Source: Tubulanus polymorphus (Eukaryota > Animalia > Nemertea). From it: a DNA stretch of 64,000 nucleotides. Shown here in pieces: positions 27,601 through 42,600 of the stretch (the first letter of the stretch is position 1; each line of letters begins with the position of its first letter). The stretch covers positions 10,728,088 to 10,792,087 of the forward strand of contig NC_134031.1 of assembly GCF_964204645.1 (NCBI RefSeq), written 5' to 3'. A program made the translations under genes and the position numbers. The notes under the pieces are model-generated. The model did no database searches. It saw only the letters and a program-made list of their open reading frames with translations, and had not been told where the DNA came from.

Positions 27601-30600
27601 CGGCAATCTTTTCATAGGGGCAGACAATTTGTACAGGGGTGGACATGAAAATCAAAGGGGTGGGCCGCCCCTTAGAAACCCCTAATGGAGAACACTGGAA
27701 CCCATCCAAAATGTGAACATCTCTGTGTTAAGACTACTTTAGCAAGAACAATATACATGTATACTTTGAATCAAGCTATTGTTTTAATTCACCATTAATT
27801 AATTATTACTCCCCACAATCAATTAGACATCTGTCAATCAACTTGACACTTGTGATAAGTTAGTTTTATAAGTAGCTGTGTGCCCAAACATGTCTGTCAA
27901 CTTTTATAGTTATAGTATAAATAGAATATATATCTGTAAGCTAGCAGTTGAGTTTAAAACGAGTACTGGAGCCTGACAAATCTTGCAGACGAATTCCCAA
28001 GCTACTTGATAGAGAATCTGAAGGGTAAAATCATCTATGTTTAGCGCTGAAAACTACTAGCTTTTCTCATCATTGAGTTACGCAGGATTCTCGTAGCTGG
28101 AGCTTTACCAGAAAATGAGCAAGGACATTTGTGTTATTTAACTACAGCAACTACCAGTATAAAACTCTCATCAAAGATACCAAGTGAAAACTTTTTTTGG
28201 GATTTATCGGAATAAAATTTATTTTTGACCAAAAAAGAAAAAAAGGACCGACCGACCCACTGCCGATGTTTGCGCTACATATGTCTGTTGTTAAAGTGTG
28301 TATCGCGTCAAAACGTGCCTCGACGCGTGGCCTAGTTTGGTTTTTTTCCAAACAACTGGGAGTGTTCCAATAAGTTGCCAATCAATCTAGTGACTATATT
28401 TGAACGGATTATGTTATAGCACGCATATATTCAATGTTAAGTTTCATTTTGAACACAGAGATGACGCTCCAAAGTTAGAATCTTCAAATTGTTCTTAAAA
28501 ACTAGGCTATTAGACAAATTTTCTGTGCACAACGCCAATTTGTGTTATTGTTTTCTATATAAAAAAATATGTTGTGTCGATAAAAAACATACATTCAATT
28601 TGGGATGGCCTCAGGGTATAATCGTTACATATTTCAAATAATATCACAAACTTGTCAAAACTTTCTAAGAAAGGCAGATTTCAGTAATACCATTCATGTG
28701 ATCAAACAAAACAGCCTAATAGTACGCATTTAGTTATTTTCGGATTTCTTGGAGGAAATGAAAATATACACAATACATACTTGTGAATATCACAAATATA
28801 ATTCAGAGGAAACCAATAGGATTCTCTATGAAAAGGCAGAAAATCCTAATCAAAAGCCCAAAAATTTGTCTAGCATCCTCTACAGAACAATGGAGAAAAC
28901 CTATCTCAGTTTTCGCGGTACTTATTGAATAAGTATAATTTATTCATAAAGTTTTATCAATGTAGGGCTACTTTTGATATCTGTTATTTCTGTATACGCC
29001 TGTGATTGCTAAGTATAATTGCATTGCTATTTATGAAGTCTCTAATGATGATCAGTTCTTAAAATGGATACTGATAAAAGTGCATGTTCCTGGACATATT
29101 TCTTAGATCCCCAACATATTAGATCTATAGCAAAGCTGCCTCATATAGACATTGAAACAAACATTTCTTACCCCTTAGCAGAAGTTGGCCGAGTGCTGTC
29201 TTTATGAGCAATAGGACGACAATCTTTCGACATGAGTTTAGTTGATCCATCCATGTTAACTTCTGCTTTAGCATCTGTGACCTTGATTGATTCTTTACTA
29301 ACCGACTTAACTGTGGTGGTTTTGACTAATGAGTCTTTACTCTTAGTCAGAAGATCAGGTTGTTTTCCCGCAGTATTATTGCCCTCTCTCGTTGATTTAG
29401 TACCACTTGTCTTATCTTGGATACCAACTGGTGAAAGATTGAGAATATGCTGTATGCCCGAGAGCAAACACCAAGTTCCCAGCATATGGAAGTTCTGCAA
29501 ATTCTATAAAAAAGAATACAACCCATGATATTCTGTAGCCACAACTGTTGCTCTATCTGCATGTAATTAATGAGTAAACTTGTATTTGATTGAACCTCTG
29601 GCTGTAGAGTATATGATTGAGTTTAGGGGGAATAAATGGATGAAAAGTATATACCTTGAAACATCTTTCTCCTAAAAACGTAGTTCCTTTCAAAAATTAT
29701 GAAAAATAGGAATGTCCTCATCAGTTGAGTGGTTTTTGAGTAAAAGGCTCAAATAAATTGAAGATTCATCAGGAGTGGAATAGATTTGTGTAGACTTAAT
29801 TTGCTATATGTTGATAATGGAAAATGAACCAGAAAAACAAGGAAATGGAATAATTGGATTCAATGTTTTAATTGTTCAATAAAGTAAAATTGAATTGGAT
29901 TTGACATTTGCAGAATAAAATTTGATTGAATTTGCAGTTTGAGCACATGGCTAATTAGCATATCAAGGTCATCCATCTGATTTGAGAAAAGCAATCTTTC
30001 CCGGACTTTGCATAATTGTCAAATATTCCTCCCAAAAACCAAATCAACATTTCAGAGAAATCGATCTTGAAATACAATTTTATATCTTGAAATAAAACCC
30101 GGACGTAAGACAGTAGATACTGCGGGTTCACGTGAACACCTGCTGATCTCTGCGGCTAAGCCAATCATTGAGGAGTCCTTGCTTTCTGATTAGCTTTCTA
30201 AAACAAATATCTTTGCGTTCAGATTTTCACAAAAAAGCTCATGTAAATCTTAACGAGGCCCTTTTGCAAAATTCAGCTTCATAGGATTTTAATAAGCTCA
30301 GCCTACGGCTTGCCTAAAAATCAATACAAGAGCTCAATGGACCTTGAGACTTTGTCGAGAAAATTGGAAGTTCCAGGCAAAATGATTTTGAAGATTGTGT
30401 TGTGTATTGTGCTAATAAGAAATTCAATTCTCACACTATGAAAAATCCATCAAGAATTGGAGCCTCTGTCGCGCTAACGAAATCAAGGTAATGGCGGATG
30501 GGGGATGACAGAAGGCATACGGTGGACACAGCCTCCCCTACCAAGGAAACTTAACTTTACAATCTCCGATTCTTTTCTATAGTAAATTAACACGTTTAGT

Positions 30601-33600
30601 ATGATTGTCCATAATGAATTCCCACTATCAAAATTTGACTCGTCTAAAATATTCATGCATCATCTGAGCTATCTATTGTGTGGTGGCGCTGACACCACAT
30701 GCAATAGACTTCTCTATGGGGTGCATGTTAATATGTTGAGGTAATTATAAAATTGTTGTTATCAAAAGGTCAATACAATATTCGGTTAGTACGATGATTT
30801 TTCAATTTCCCGCGGACATTTCACTAACGAGATTCGACTGTTCTTATCTTGAAATATACATTTAAAGGGTAACTGACACTTTTTTTCTTATTTCAAAATA
30901 TGATGTATTCTATTGTTCTATACACTTATCTTCAACCGTTCCTTTAGTTTACACGCAATTTGTGATTTTGTAACATGATTTTTTACCTCATTTTGTTTTT
31001 TACATCGCTTACTGTTCAGCTTCGTATGTATGTTAATATGTAAAAGTAATCATAAAATTGTTGTTTTCAAAAAGTCAATACAATATTCGGTTAGTATAAT
31101 GATTTTCAATTTCCCGCGGACATTTCACTTACGAGGTTCTACTATTCTTATCTTGAAATATACATTTAAAGGGTAACTGACACTTTTTTTTAATTTCAAA
31201 ATATGATGTATTCTATTGCTCTATACACTCTTCTTCAACCGTTCTGTTAAAAAATGTTTAGTTTACGCGCAATTCGTGATTTTGTAACATGATTTTTTAC
31301 CTCATTTCGTTGTTTACATCGCTTACTGTTCAACATCGGCTAAATCACAGGTGCGCGCTGCAACCTCATTAAAGGGACAGCTGAGAAATAGCATCTATAG
31401 AAATGCGTTGAATTTTGAGGAAACTGCGTGTATTTTCTGTTATATCTCAATGCCAGATTGTTTTACAGCTTTGAAACTGGCCATGGAGGTAGAAGGATCT
31501 ATTGTCTATTGCATAAACCTATTTCAAAGAATCAATGAGTAATTTGAATAGGCTAAATCGATCAAATTGAAGATGCAGATTTCAATCCGCTGCTATGAAG
31601 CTATTAAAGTACACTTCACTAAGCTCACAGCATTGTTACTGCTGTTCCATAGTTCACCTATAGTTCAGCATCACAAGCACACTATACAGTGTCTTATAAG
31701 CACTCGTCAGATTTTGATCTCATTAAAGAATAAATATAAATTTATATTCGTTTACTATTTTTTCATAGTCATTTAAGACTTAGTAGTTTGAAAACTAACA
31801 CTTCAAAACTCAACAAGAAAATTAATTTTAATAAATTATTTGACGCCTGCGAAAAAAATGTAGAATTTTTGGGATAAGCTAATGTGGAATTGCAAATTTG
31901 AAATCGAAGTTTTAAGAAATTTGGGGAATTATAAGAATTGGCTATTTGGTAGGTGATACAGGTCTTCGACTGTATAATACTGGTTTAAGTTTTTTATTGA
32001 AAATTGTCAATAATTGATAACTTGCGACCGACTTCATTCACTTTTGCCTGTAAGCTGGTCTGCAACTTCATTGCCTCCATGGTTGAGGAAAGAGCTCTTC
32101 TGATGTCTGCTTCATCATGACTTTGGAGCATATCGTGTGGCCTAGCCAGCCGGCCAGGTCGGGCCGGTTTGGCTGTCACTTGATATCCTCTTGAGTCTGG
32201 GTTGAAGTAGACAGTCATTTAAAATAACTTGTTTATGTTATTCTGTATGATTTACGCATGTGTTTTGTATGTTGTATTTTCTTATCTTAAAATTTGTAAC
32301 TTTATTGAATTCGAGAATTTTATCCCGGAATTTTATATGTAATAAGGATCAATATAGAATTGAATTGAATTGTCACCTACACATGCCATCAGAGGACATA
32401 GAGCCGTATATGACAGCTATGCTATCACAAATGGCGTATCTCAAGAAACCTGTATACTCCTAATATTGAAGATATTTTCTAAAACATTTGAATATTGAAA
32501 TAATATGTTTACACATTTCTATATTGACCGCTTGTAGCCGCTGATGAAATTCACGCCGGCCCTACACAGATCGTAGATAGCTTAGTCATTCCACCAGCAT
32601 CCCCATGTCAGGGTCTTACTTTTATATCAGACTTCAAAATCATGTATACATCCACCATTTTGACCGAATAATCCGATTTACTTATCACTTCTATTTATGC
32701 CTGCCGCTTCTGATATAATCGTACATCCTTAACTATTACAAAAGGTCTTCTAATGATATTCAATGCAATATAACATTTTGACGTTCAAAAAGAGCTCATT
32801 ATATAATCATAGGAAGCCATTCTACATCTCGGTCAATAATATTTTGCCAAATAGCTTATATGTGTACACATAGACCAGTGACGTTTTGCACATCGATTTA
32901 CGGATGTCGTTTGTAAAATGACGCTGAATGGTTAACATTGTTTAGGTTTCATAATGGTAACGTTTTATAAGGCGTCAAAAAACTTTCCAATAAATTTCTA
33001 CAGCCTAGTATTCAAAGGAATAATGTTTTTCGATTCAAGTTTTACGCTGCAGGAGAGTTTTGATAGATTACATCATAAATCATTCACAAACATTATTTTT
33101 AAGTTTCAAAATAGGATGGATGAGGAAATATTCTAATTTCGTGACCAAAGCGAGGTGTACGCTACCAATACGAGGTGTATTTCAAGCAAATAATTGAAAT
33201 TATTCCTGCAGCTAATTATGTCTAAGATTCATCAGTTCATAAGTCAAAATATCCTTGGCATTAGATCTAACCATGATCTTACTAACTATCACTAAATGAT
33301 AATCCAAAAACGATGATTTACACATATGTGTTCCTTGCTGTCTACTAGAAAATGCCATGGATTGCTATTGAAATCCTATTTTTTGCGCTTAGTTTGAACA
33401 GCTAGTTATAATCATTGATATGTAGACTTTCAAAAATCAAGAGGCATTTCGTCTGAATTTGAATGCCAAATAGGTATAAAATTAAGTTGAATTGCTCTTG
33501 CAGTTATATCCTATTCATTTCTATAGACATCATTTCAGTGCCATCCCTTTATGGCCGTAGTTCTATTAATAGACACAGTACCACGCATTCAGCGGAAGCA

Positions 33601-36600
33601 ATGTATACACAGAACAGGTGCGCGAACATCAGAATCATAAATTCTGACTAGATTGAAAAGATTTTTTTAATCATGAAATCATCTTGCCATATTGTATACT
33701 ATTATCTATCGTTTAATGCAAAAGTAGAAAATCTTTGAAAAATTGTCAGTTACCCTTTAAAATGGCAAAATCTTGGCAAAGTTAAGTTTAAGCCACAAAA
33801 TTACTGTAGTAAGCGGAATGTCTCGGAAAATGTGTTACCAAAGCTTTAAGATTAATTTTTCATTAACTATAATTGTAATCAATTTTTTAGGGGTAAGGTT
33901 GGTAGACATGGATGTTTACTCGAGGATGAAATGCAATCATATAACCATGCATGGCTGCACACTAGCATGTCTTTGAATGGCCAAGTAAATGGAGTCATAG
34001 CAAGGTACGGTACAGCCTAGAAGTAACATAACTCATAACGCATCCTGCGTTCGTCGGAGATTGTTGGGTATTCGTTTTTCGTTTTCAATGAAACGCGAGT
34101 TACTACTGCGGTTCAAATTCAACGCGTCTGGTGCGCGCACATCGAATGCACAAATGTATTAATAGCACTCCCTTCTTATCGAGTGCAACTTCTTGTATTT
34201 GGATGACTACATGGTAAAATACATGCAGTATCATTATAAACGCCTAATTGGAGCGTTCGAAGTTTCGTGGCACCCATAAGCGTGCAGATAAACGCGTAAT
34301 TCTGGAACGGATATTCGTCTCTAACGAGTATCGACCGCGTTCTAAACTAAACAAAAACGTATTTCAGAACGCGGTTTGAACGATATAAAACTAAACACAA
34401 ACGAAAATGGAGTTAAGTTTCTTCTAGGCTGTACCGTGCATATTCAACAGTTCTCATTTAAAATCTTAAACTTAATACATACATGTCCTCCAGCTCTCGT
34501 CGAATTTTGTATGGCTTTGACAACAAAACCATAAACTTCCAGGCTCTTCTTTACAATGTTACTGGCCTCTAACTCATCCTCTTTCGAAGAATTATTTGAC
34601 ATCGTAATGATGGCATTAGCTGCCGCTGTATGTATGGCGGCGACAAGACAGGCCATTATAATGGTTATGATCTCTTCCAATCGTGATACATTCAATGGTT
34701 CAAGTAATGGCAGTGAGAACACTTCACGAACGATTTGAATATCTTGAAGGAGAAGTTGAAAACTGAAACAAATGAACACAAAAACACTTGTAGAAATACT
34801 AAGAAAATGATGGCTGATCAAAAATACCTGTCTAATGTATAAGAGACCTCTTTTCATAGAATGCACACAATTTCAATAAAAAATGGCAAACCATTAAGAA
34901 GCAACAGGTCTCAGAATTCAGGCCAAAATTTACATTATCGGGCAAAAAAAGGTGACAGGATGGTCATCTTGAGTCCGATCGACTCACTTTTTTTCATGCT
35001 CCTTTAGAGATACAAATATATGTAAATGATTAGGTAATTGATTGAAAAGTCTTCAATATTTCCCTCGAAAACTTCAAAAATGTGCAAAAAGTGCTAATTT
35101 TGGCAAACAAAAATGGCCACCAGTCGGCCATTTTGATTCTGATCAGGCCAATGTTTGGGTTGAAGATGTATCTTGGGTAGATGTATAAATCGAATATGAA
35201 GACAATTCATAGATGCGTCTTAAAAACATCCCAAAATAACTGGATTCTGTCTACGGACGACGGATGAAAAGTGAACGTAGTAGTATAAGTCCCTAATGGG
35301 CTTAAAACTACAGCAGCGGCAAATAACCATTGCGTAGGACCAATTTACAACAAACAGCGTCTAAACATAATCACTGTAGCGGTTTTCAACATATGGAAAA
35401 GATCTTTAAGTTTAAGAATAAAAGAATCAGCTAATATCTATACAGCCTAGATGATAACCCCCTATAATATGAATAATATTGTTCACCATTAATTCTTTAA
35501 GCTAAGATGCTAAATTGTATTACAGATCATTGGGGAAATCTTCAATTTTATCATTAGTTTAACCGTTTCAGTGCTGACTAATGAATACTCTATAGTACTG
35601 GAGATAATTTGAAAATTTTGAAAAATTCCCCCCAGTGTATTGAACCAGAAAGAAACTTTCCATGATGGGTTTTTCGTATTGACTTGGATCGTATTGGAAA
35701 TGAATGTGTTGACGCGGTGCATGTTTTATCCATACTATCAAGGTAAAACGTCACTAAGCATACTTACCATGGCCACTGGATACAGTCTGCTCTCTACACA
35801 ATCACCAAGAACCCATGGCATAGGCCAATGACCATGCAGTCCATGGGGTACAAGCTTCACATCCACGATTCAACACCAGTGTTTTGAAGCTGTTCACAGA
35901 CTGAACCTTAAGGGCAACTGCTAGCTGTACCCTGAGGGCCTATAGCTAGTCTTACAATGGAACAAGTGGAACAGGAAAACAATATTCACCATTTTGGACT
36001 TGACAATTTTGATCCCGTGAGACAATGACATAAAACAACTAAAACTTTAGCATAAACTACTTGGGACAAACAAAATCAAGAGCTGCTATATAAGTTTTTC
36101 AAAATTCAGGGCAGTACATATTAAACCAGGCCGGCCGGTTATTGTTGAAAATCCTCCCCAAGAAAATTTTAGACATTAAAAGCGTTTTCCGAGCACTTAG
36201 AGCGATCTTGAACCCAGAACGACTTATATTTTGGAAGTTAATGGCTATTCCAATGTGGCATATCCTCATTCGATGACAATCAGCATCTCATGCATTACAG
36301 GTCGCGCCCTGAATTATTGCAGTTAAAATGCGCCGATGAATGCTTACTAAAAATCATCACACAGTGTATAATATCTGAAGGCGTTCTACGTGCGCCGCAA
36401 CAGTAGTAGGCCTATACATCATCACACAGTGTATAATATCTGAAGGCATTCTACGTGCGCTGCAACAGTAGTAGGCCTATACATTACTACTGTTGCCGCG
36501 CCCGCATGTCTGCAACCGATCGATAAAACACATACACATCGTAGTAGATACAAAATCAGTATTGCAATGCAATACGCGACATATTGAGTAAAACAGGCGC

Positions 36601-39600
36601 TGAACACTTTTACGGTTTACCCGATTACCAATCACGCCGGAGCAGCTGAGTGACTGAGACCATCATCATCCCCCCAGGCTATACTTTATCATTTTTGGAC
36701 CATTTGGAAAAATGATATTTTTCAATACCAAAATCAGCGGGAAACCGCGGATCTGGTAAAGAGCAGTGACGGTCTGAAACTGCAAAGAATGAGGCGTTAG
36801 ACTAGATCAGTACGCGCTGTACGATCAATATCTCCATGTACAACCGTGTTCTGCCTTACACACACAGCGAGGGTATTGAGCGTCGCCGTAGTAACGTGCT
36901 ACAGCAGCTTGAACTAATGAGTACCTCTGATTAATCTAAAACCAAATTTGAGCACTTATAAACATCGGAATCAAATATAAACCAAGCTGCGTCATCTACA
37001 CCATGTACAGAATATATCAGGGTTCGAATATCAGAAATTGTCATCCACAGCAAGTTACTTTCAGAAATGCTGTGGATGGCAGAAGCGATCCACAGCAAGT
37101 CTAGCTCTCACCACAGCAAGTGCCTTTCTTGAAAACAATACCCGGTTAATTATGTATTCCACTAACATTGAAAACTAATTCTATATGAGAGTCAATGTTA
37201 TTTGGTTACTTGACTTAAACATTTAAATGTATATCAAATCAATTATAATATTGTCAAGAATATTTGTAACAAGAAAGAAATTCTAAAAATGGGCATGCTG
37301 ACATGGTTGTACTAAAAGCTTGCTTGGTGGTTTTGTATTTCTGTAGTGGAATTAATCGAACTTTGAACTGATTACTTTTTAAAAATATACTTTCTATTCA
37401 CTTCAGTCCACAATTAATGGCTTAATTCACAAACTAACACAGGTACCTTTCGAAATTATCCAATTTTATGTATGTTTCGAGTGATTAATCAACATTATTT
37501 TGAGAAATTAATTAATTTCTCCACAAATTCCGCCATTGGCCGCCATTTCTGGTTAGTCAGTGGTGTACCAGAACACCGTTTCAAGATGGCGGCTATGTAG
37601 AGGGCGCGATGGGACAATACAGTGAGAACAGGACATTACCACCGCATACAACACGGGCCGAAAGCATCCGTAGCAATACTGGTATCAGTGGTATCGGGGT
37701 GTCAGTAGTATCACCGGTCTCGGAGAGGATCGGACAGTATCGCTGGTATCAGTGGTATCGTGGAATCACTAGTATCACCGGTCTCGGAGAGGATCGGACA
37801 GTATCACTGGTAACAGTGGTATCGGGGTAGCAGTAGTATCACCGGTCTCGGAGAGGATCGGACAGTATCACTGGTATCAGTGGTATCGGGGTAGCAGTAG
37901 TATCACCGGTCTCGGAGAGGATCGGACAGTATCACTGGTAACAGTGGTATCGGGGTAGCAGTAGTATCACCGGTCTCGGAGAGGATCGGACAGTATCACT
38001 GGTAACAGTGGTATCGGGGTAGCAGTAGTATCACCGGTCTCCGAGAGGATCGGGCAGTATCACTGGTATCAGTGGTATCGGGGTAGCAGTAGTATCACCG
38101 GTCTCGGAGAGGATCGGACAGTATCACTGGTAACAGTGGTATCGGGGTAGCAGTAGTATCACCGGTCTCCAGAAGGATCGGGCAGTATCACTGGTAACAG
38201 TGGTATCGGGGTAGCAGTAGTATCACCGGTCTCCAGAAGGATCGGGCAGTATCACTGGTATCAGTGGTATCGGGGTAGCAGTAGTATCACCGGTCTCCAG
38301 AAGGATCGGGCAGTATCACTGGTATCAGTGGTATCGGGGTAGCAGTAGTATCACCGGTCTCGGAGAGGATCGGGCAGTATCACTGGTAACAGTGGTATCG
38401 GGGTAGCAGTAGTATCACCGGTCTCCTGAAGGATCGGACAGTATCACTGGTATCAGTGGTATCGGGGTAGCAGTAGTATCACCGGTCTCCGAGAGGATCG
38501 GACAGTATCACTGGTAACAGTGGTATCGGGGTATCAGTAGTATCACCGGTCTCCAGAAGGATCGAGCAGTAACACTGGTAACAGTGGTATCGGGGTAGCA
38601 GTAGTATCACCGGTCTCCAGAAGGATCGGGCAGTATCACTGGTAACAGTGGTATCGGGGTAGCAGTAGTATCATCGGTCCCTGAGAGGATCGGACAGTAT
38701 CACTGGTAACAGTGGTATCGGGGTAGCAGTAGTATCATCGGTCTCCTGAAGGATCGGGCAGTATCACTGGTATCAGTGGTATCGGGGTAGCAGTAGTATC
38801 ACCGGTCTCCAGAAGGATCGGACAGTATCACTGGTAACAGTGGTATCGGGGTAGCAGTAGTATCATCGGTCTCCTGAAGGATCGGGCAGTATCACTGGTA
38901 TCAGTGGTATTGGGGTAGCAGTAGTATCACCGGTCTCTAGAAGGATCGGACAGTATCACTGGTAACAGTGGTATCGGGGTAGCAGTAGTATCACCGGTCT
39001 CCTGAAGGATCGGGCAGTATCACTGGTATCAGTGGTATTGGGGTAGCAGTAGTATCACCGGTCTCCAGAAGGATCGGGCAGTATCACTGGTATCAGTGGT
39101 ATCGGGGTAGCAGTAGTATCACCGGTCTCCAGAAGGATCGGGCAGTATCACTGGTATCAGTGGTATCGGGGTAGCAGTAGTATCACCGGTCTCGGAGAGG
39201 ATCGGGCAGTATCACTGGTAACAGTGGTATCGGGGTAGCAGTAGTATCACCGGTCTCCAGAAGGATCGGACAGTATCACTGGTAACAGTGGTATCGGGGT
39301 AGCAGTAGTATCACCGGTCTCCTGAAGGATCGGGCAGTATCACTGGTATCAGTGGTATCAGGGTAGCAGTAGTATCACCGGTCTCCAGAAGGATCGGGCA
39401 GTATCACTGGTAACAGTGGTATCGGGGTATCAGTAGTATCACCGGTCTCCAGAAGGATCGAGCAGTAACACTGGTAACAGTGGTATCGGGGTAGCAGTAG
39501 TATCACCGGTCTCCAGAAGGATCGGACAGTATCACTGGTAACAGTGGTATCGGGGTAGCAGTAGTATCACCGGTCTCCTGAAGGATCGGGCAGTATCACT

Positions 39601-42600
39601 GGTATCAGTGGTATCGGGGTAGCAGTAGTATCACCGGTCTCGGAGAGGATCGGACAGTATCACTGGTAACAGAGGTATCGGGGTAGCAGTAGTATCACCG
39701 GTCTCCAGAAGGATCGGGCAGTATCACTGGTAACAGTGGTATCGGGGTAGCAGTAGTATCACCGGTCTCCAGAAGGATCGGGCAGTATCACTGGTATCAG
39801 TGGTATCGGGGTATCAGTAGTATCACCGGTCTCCAGAAGGATCGGACAGTATCACTGGTAACAGTGGTATCGGGGTAGCAGTAGTATCACCGGTCTCCTG
39901 AAGGATCGGACAGTATCACTGGTATCAGTGGTATTGGGGTAGCAGTAGGATCACCGGTCTGGGAGAGGATCGGGCAGTATGCCATGAAGTTATAAGCAAT
40001 AGTGAACTTTTAATTCTAGATATTTAAGATTCAAGCTAGTGTAGTATATTTGAAATGTGCGATGAACTGTGTTAATTTGTAGTAATGTTTTAATTCAAAG
40101 TTTGTATGATCATGATATCCTTAAGATGTTCCACAATAATAAATTAGATATATGTATCATAAATATGAATTAATTGACCTTAAGATTGTATCTACTTACA
40201 CTACATTCAGAAGGAGGGCGATTTTTACCTACTTTGAGGAATTTGGATTTTAGGGGAATTTAACCCTGAGGATTTTTACCACTAGCCGCTTTATATACCA
40301 TCGTCGAACTGTCTATTTTACAGATGCACAGCCACTATTTGACCATAAGTGGCAAGAAAATTATAAGTAGAGGGAACTGTCCCAGATTACCGCGAACAGC
40401 AGAATTAACAGAACGTTTCTTTACCCTGAGCAGATATTTGCGAAATTTGATGAAAAATTTAAATTGTGGGCAATGTACATCTCTTAACAAATACATAGTA
40501 AAATACCCACGATATATACCGTCATACTCTCTATACCGTCAAAATTTTCTTCACCGATGTGGATGGTATATCGGGGGTTGACTGTATTACAAAACAAAAT
40601 AATTAATTCAAGTGATGAAAATATAATAGTAATAAAACTTGACGAGGACGTATCCAGGAAAATGCAAAATGTGATTTACTTCTTTAAAATGAAATATTAC
40701 ACGCTTCCGCAAATTGTTCGCAAATGTTCTACATTTGAATTATCGATCCTGTAATGGGCTCAAGTAAAATTAAACCACCTGCATATTTTAACGCTCCAAG
40801 ATCTGGCTATGTGACTACCAAAACTATGTAAGCTATCGATGCAAGCGGTGAAAAACAAAGAAGAAATAAGCCCTGGCCCTTGTTTTAATCCAATGAAAAA
40901 TTCCGGTTTCAGGTAACCGGCATATTTCCATATGAAATAAAAATCAATTAAAATATTCTTCGTTTCAGTAATGATTTGAAAAGTAATGAGTAATGAATAC
41001 GGTCGAAAGGGGGGTCATCCCTAGATTCCCCAGGTTCTATGTTCCCCGGGCCCTATATTCCCCGGGTTCCATGTTCCCCGGGTCCTATATTCCCCGGGTT
41101 CTATATTCTCCCAAAGGAAATAATACAACGAGGGTTCCATATATTCTCCAAATAATAAAAACGTTGACCGGTGTCCATACCTATGCTTTTTAATAATAGT
41201 CCATCAATCATGTCATGTATTTGCTAGATACTATAAATTTGATACAGACAAGGTGCTTTTATTTTTTGCAAACGCCAGAACTTAACGAGAGAAATTCGAG
41301 ATGACAATTAATCGATCGATCAGGTAATTTATTCAGTAGTTACGTCACACTGTAAAAAGGCTTTGAAACTTGCCCGGGAGATTTTTAATTGTGATTCATG
41401 TCGTTAATTTTCATTTAATAGAATAAAGATAAAGATAAAGATACATGTAGTGCCGATTTTCAACATCAACTAATTGGCAGCCTGACGCGTTATCATGCTC
41501 TGAATTCCCGGCGCCGAAATTGAGTGTATGTGGCCACGGGAACAAAGGACCTTTTTATACATTTTCCATAATCTTCCAGGAATATCGGATCCGGGGAATA
41601 TAGAACCCCTTTTATGTTTAATCTCCCTTGGGGGAACATAGGACCCGAGGAACATAGGTATGGACCCGTCGAAAGCACGACTTGCGTCCAGTCTTGGAAT
41701 AATAATAAGTATAGCCGCGAGTACTCCAAGTCCAGTAGAACAGCATACAATCATATGTACACTATGGTAAAAAACTTCTAGGTAGAAATCCCCAAATATT
41801 CAAAGTAGGTAAAAATCCCCACTTGGTGATTTTCAAGACCATTTCAAAGCAAAATGATACTCCAATTTTATTAATTTGCGATGAGACTGAAATATGTTTG
41901 GACTGTGCAATGAAATCTTTCGTTGTGATAAATTCTTAAGTAAACTCTTAGATTTCAATAAATTGTTAGAATTAATAAGAATAATACACTTTTATTTGTA
42001 ATACCTTTAAATTCGAACCGGAATATCTTGTTAACTTGTGGTATATTTGAGCTGCGCGATGCAATGAATTATGAGCAATAACGAACTTTTAATTCTAGAT
42101 ATTTTAGTTTCAAACTAGTGTAATATATTTGACAAGTGCTAAGAACCCTTTCATTAAGCTGTGTGATAACTTTTGAGTACTAATTTAGTATTAATGAATT
42201 TTTGATTTGTAGTATGTTTGAATTCAAGTAGTATATGCAATAGTTTGTATACTCATGATATCCTTATGATGTTCCACAATAATAAATAGGATATGTGTAT
42301 CATAAATATGAAATACCGGTAAATATGAATTAATTGACCTTAAGATTGTATCTACTTAAACTACATTCAGAAGGAGGGGGATTTTTACCTACTTTGAAGA
42401 ATTGGGGATTTTTACCAAGGGGATTTTTACTGCACGGTAAAAGACACAGATTATCCGAGGTGATTGTGAAAAACACCAGGGAAAATTGGAAATTTTTGCA
42501 AAACTATTAAAGTTTTTCAACTAAAGAATATTACAGTATTTCATTGACTTTTGCTGTGAAATAAATTTGGGGGGATTTTGGGGGTTTTTTTACCTAGGAG

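Noticed and set aside
28200-28615. Zator-like MITE end (GACCGACCGACCC...TTTGGGATGGCC)
   Set aside because: Only one terminus is recognisable and there is no TSD, so it is not called
14918-34738. Plus-strand ORFs at 14918, 29232 and 34556
   Set aside because: Antisense shadows of UBR4 exons
37675-39980. CRISPR-like regular array
   Set aside because: Units are contiguous 64-mers with no unique spacers, there are no cas genes, and the context is a eukaryotic intron; the same applies to the 31-bp and 28-bp arrays
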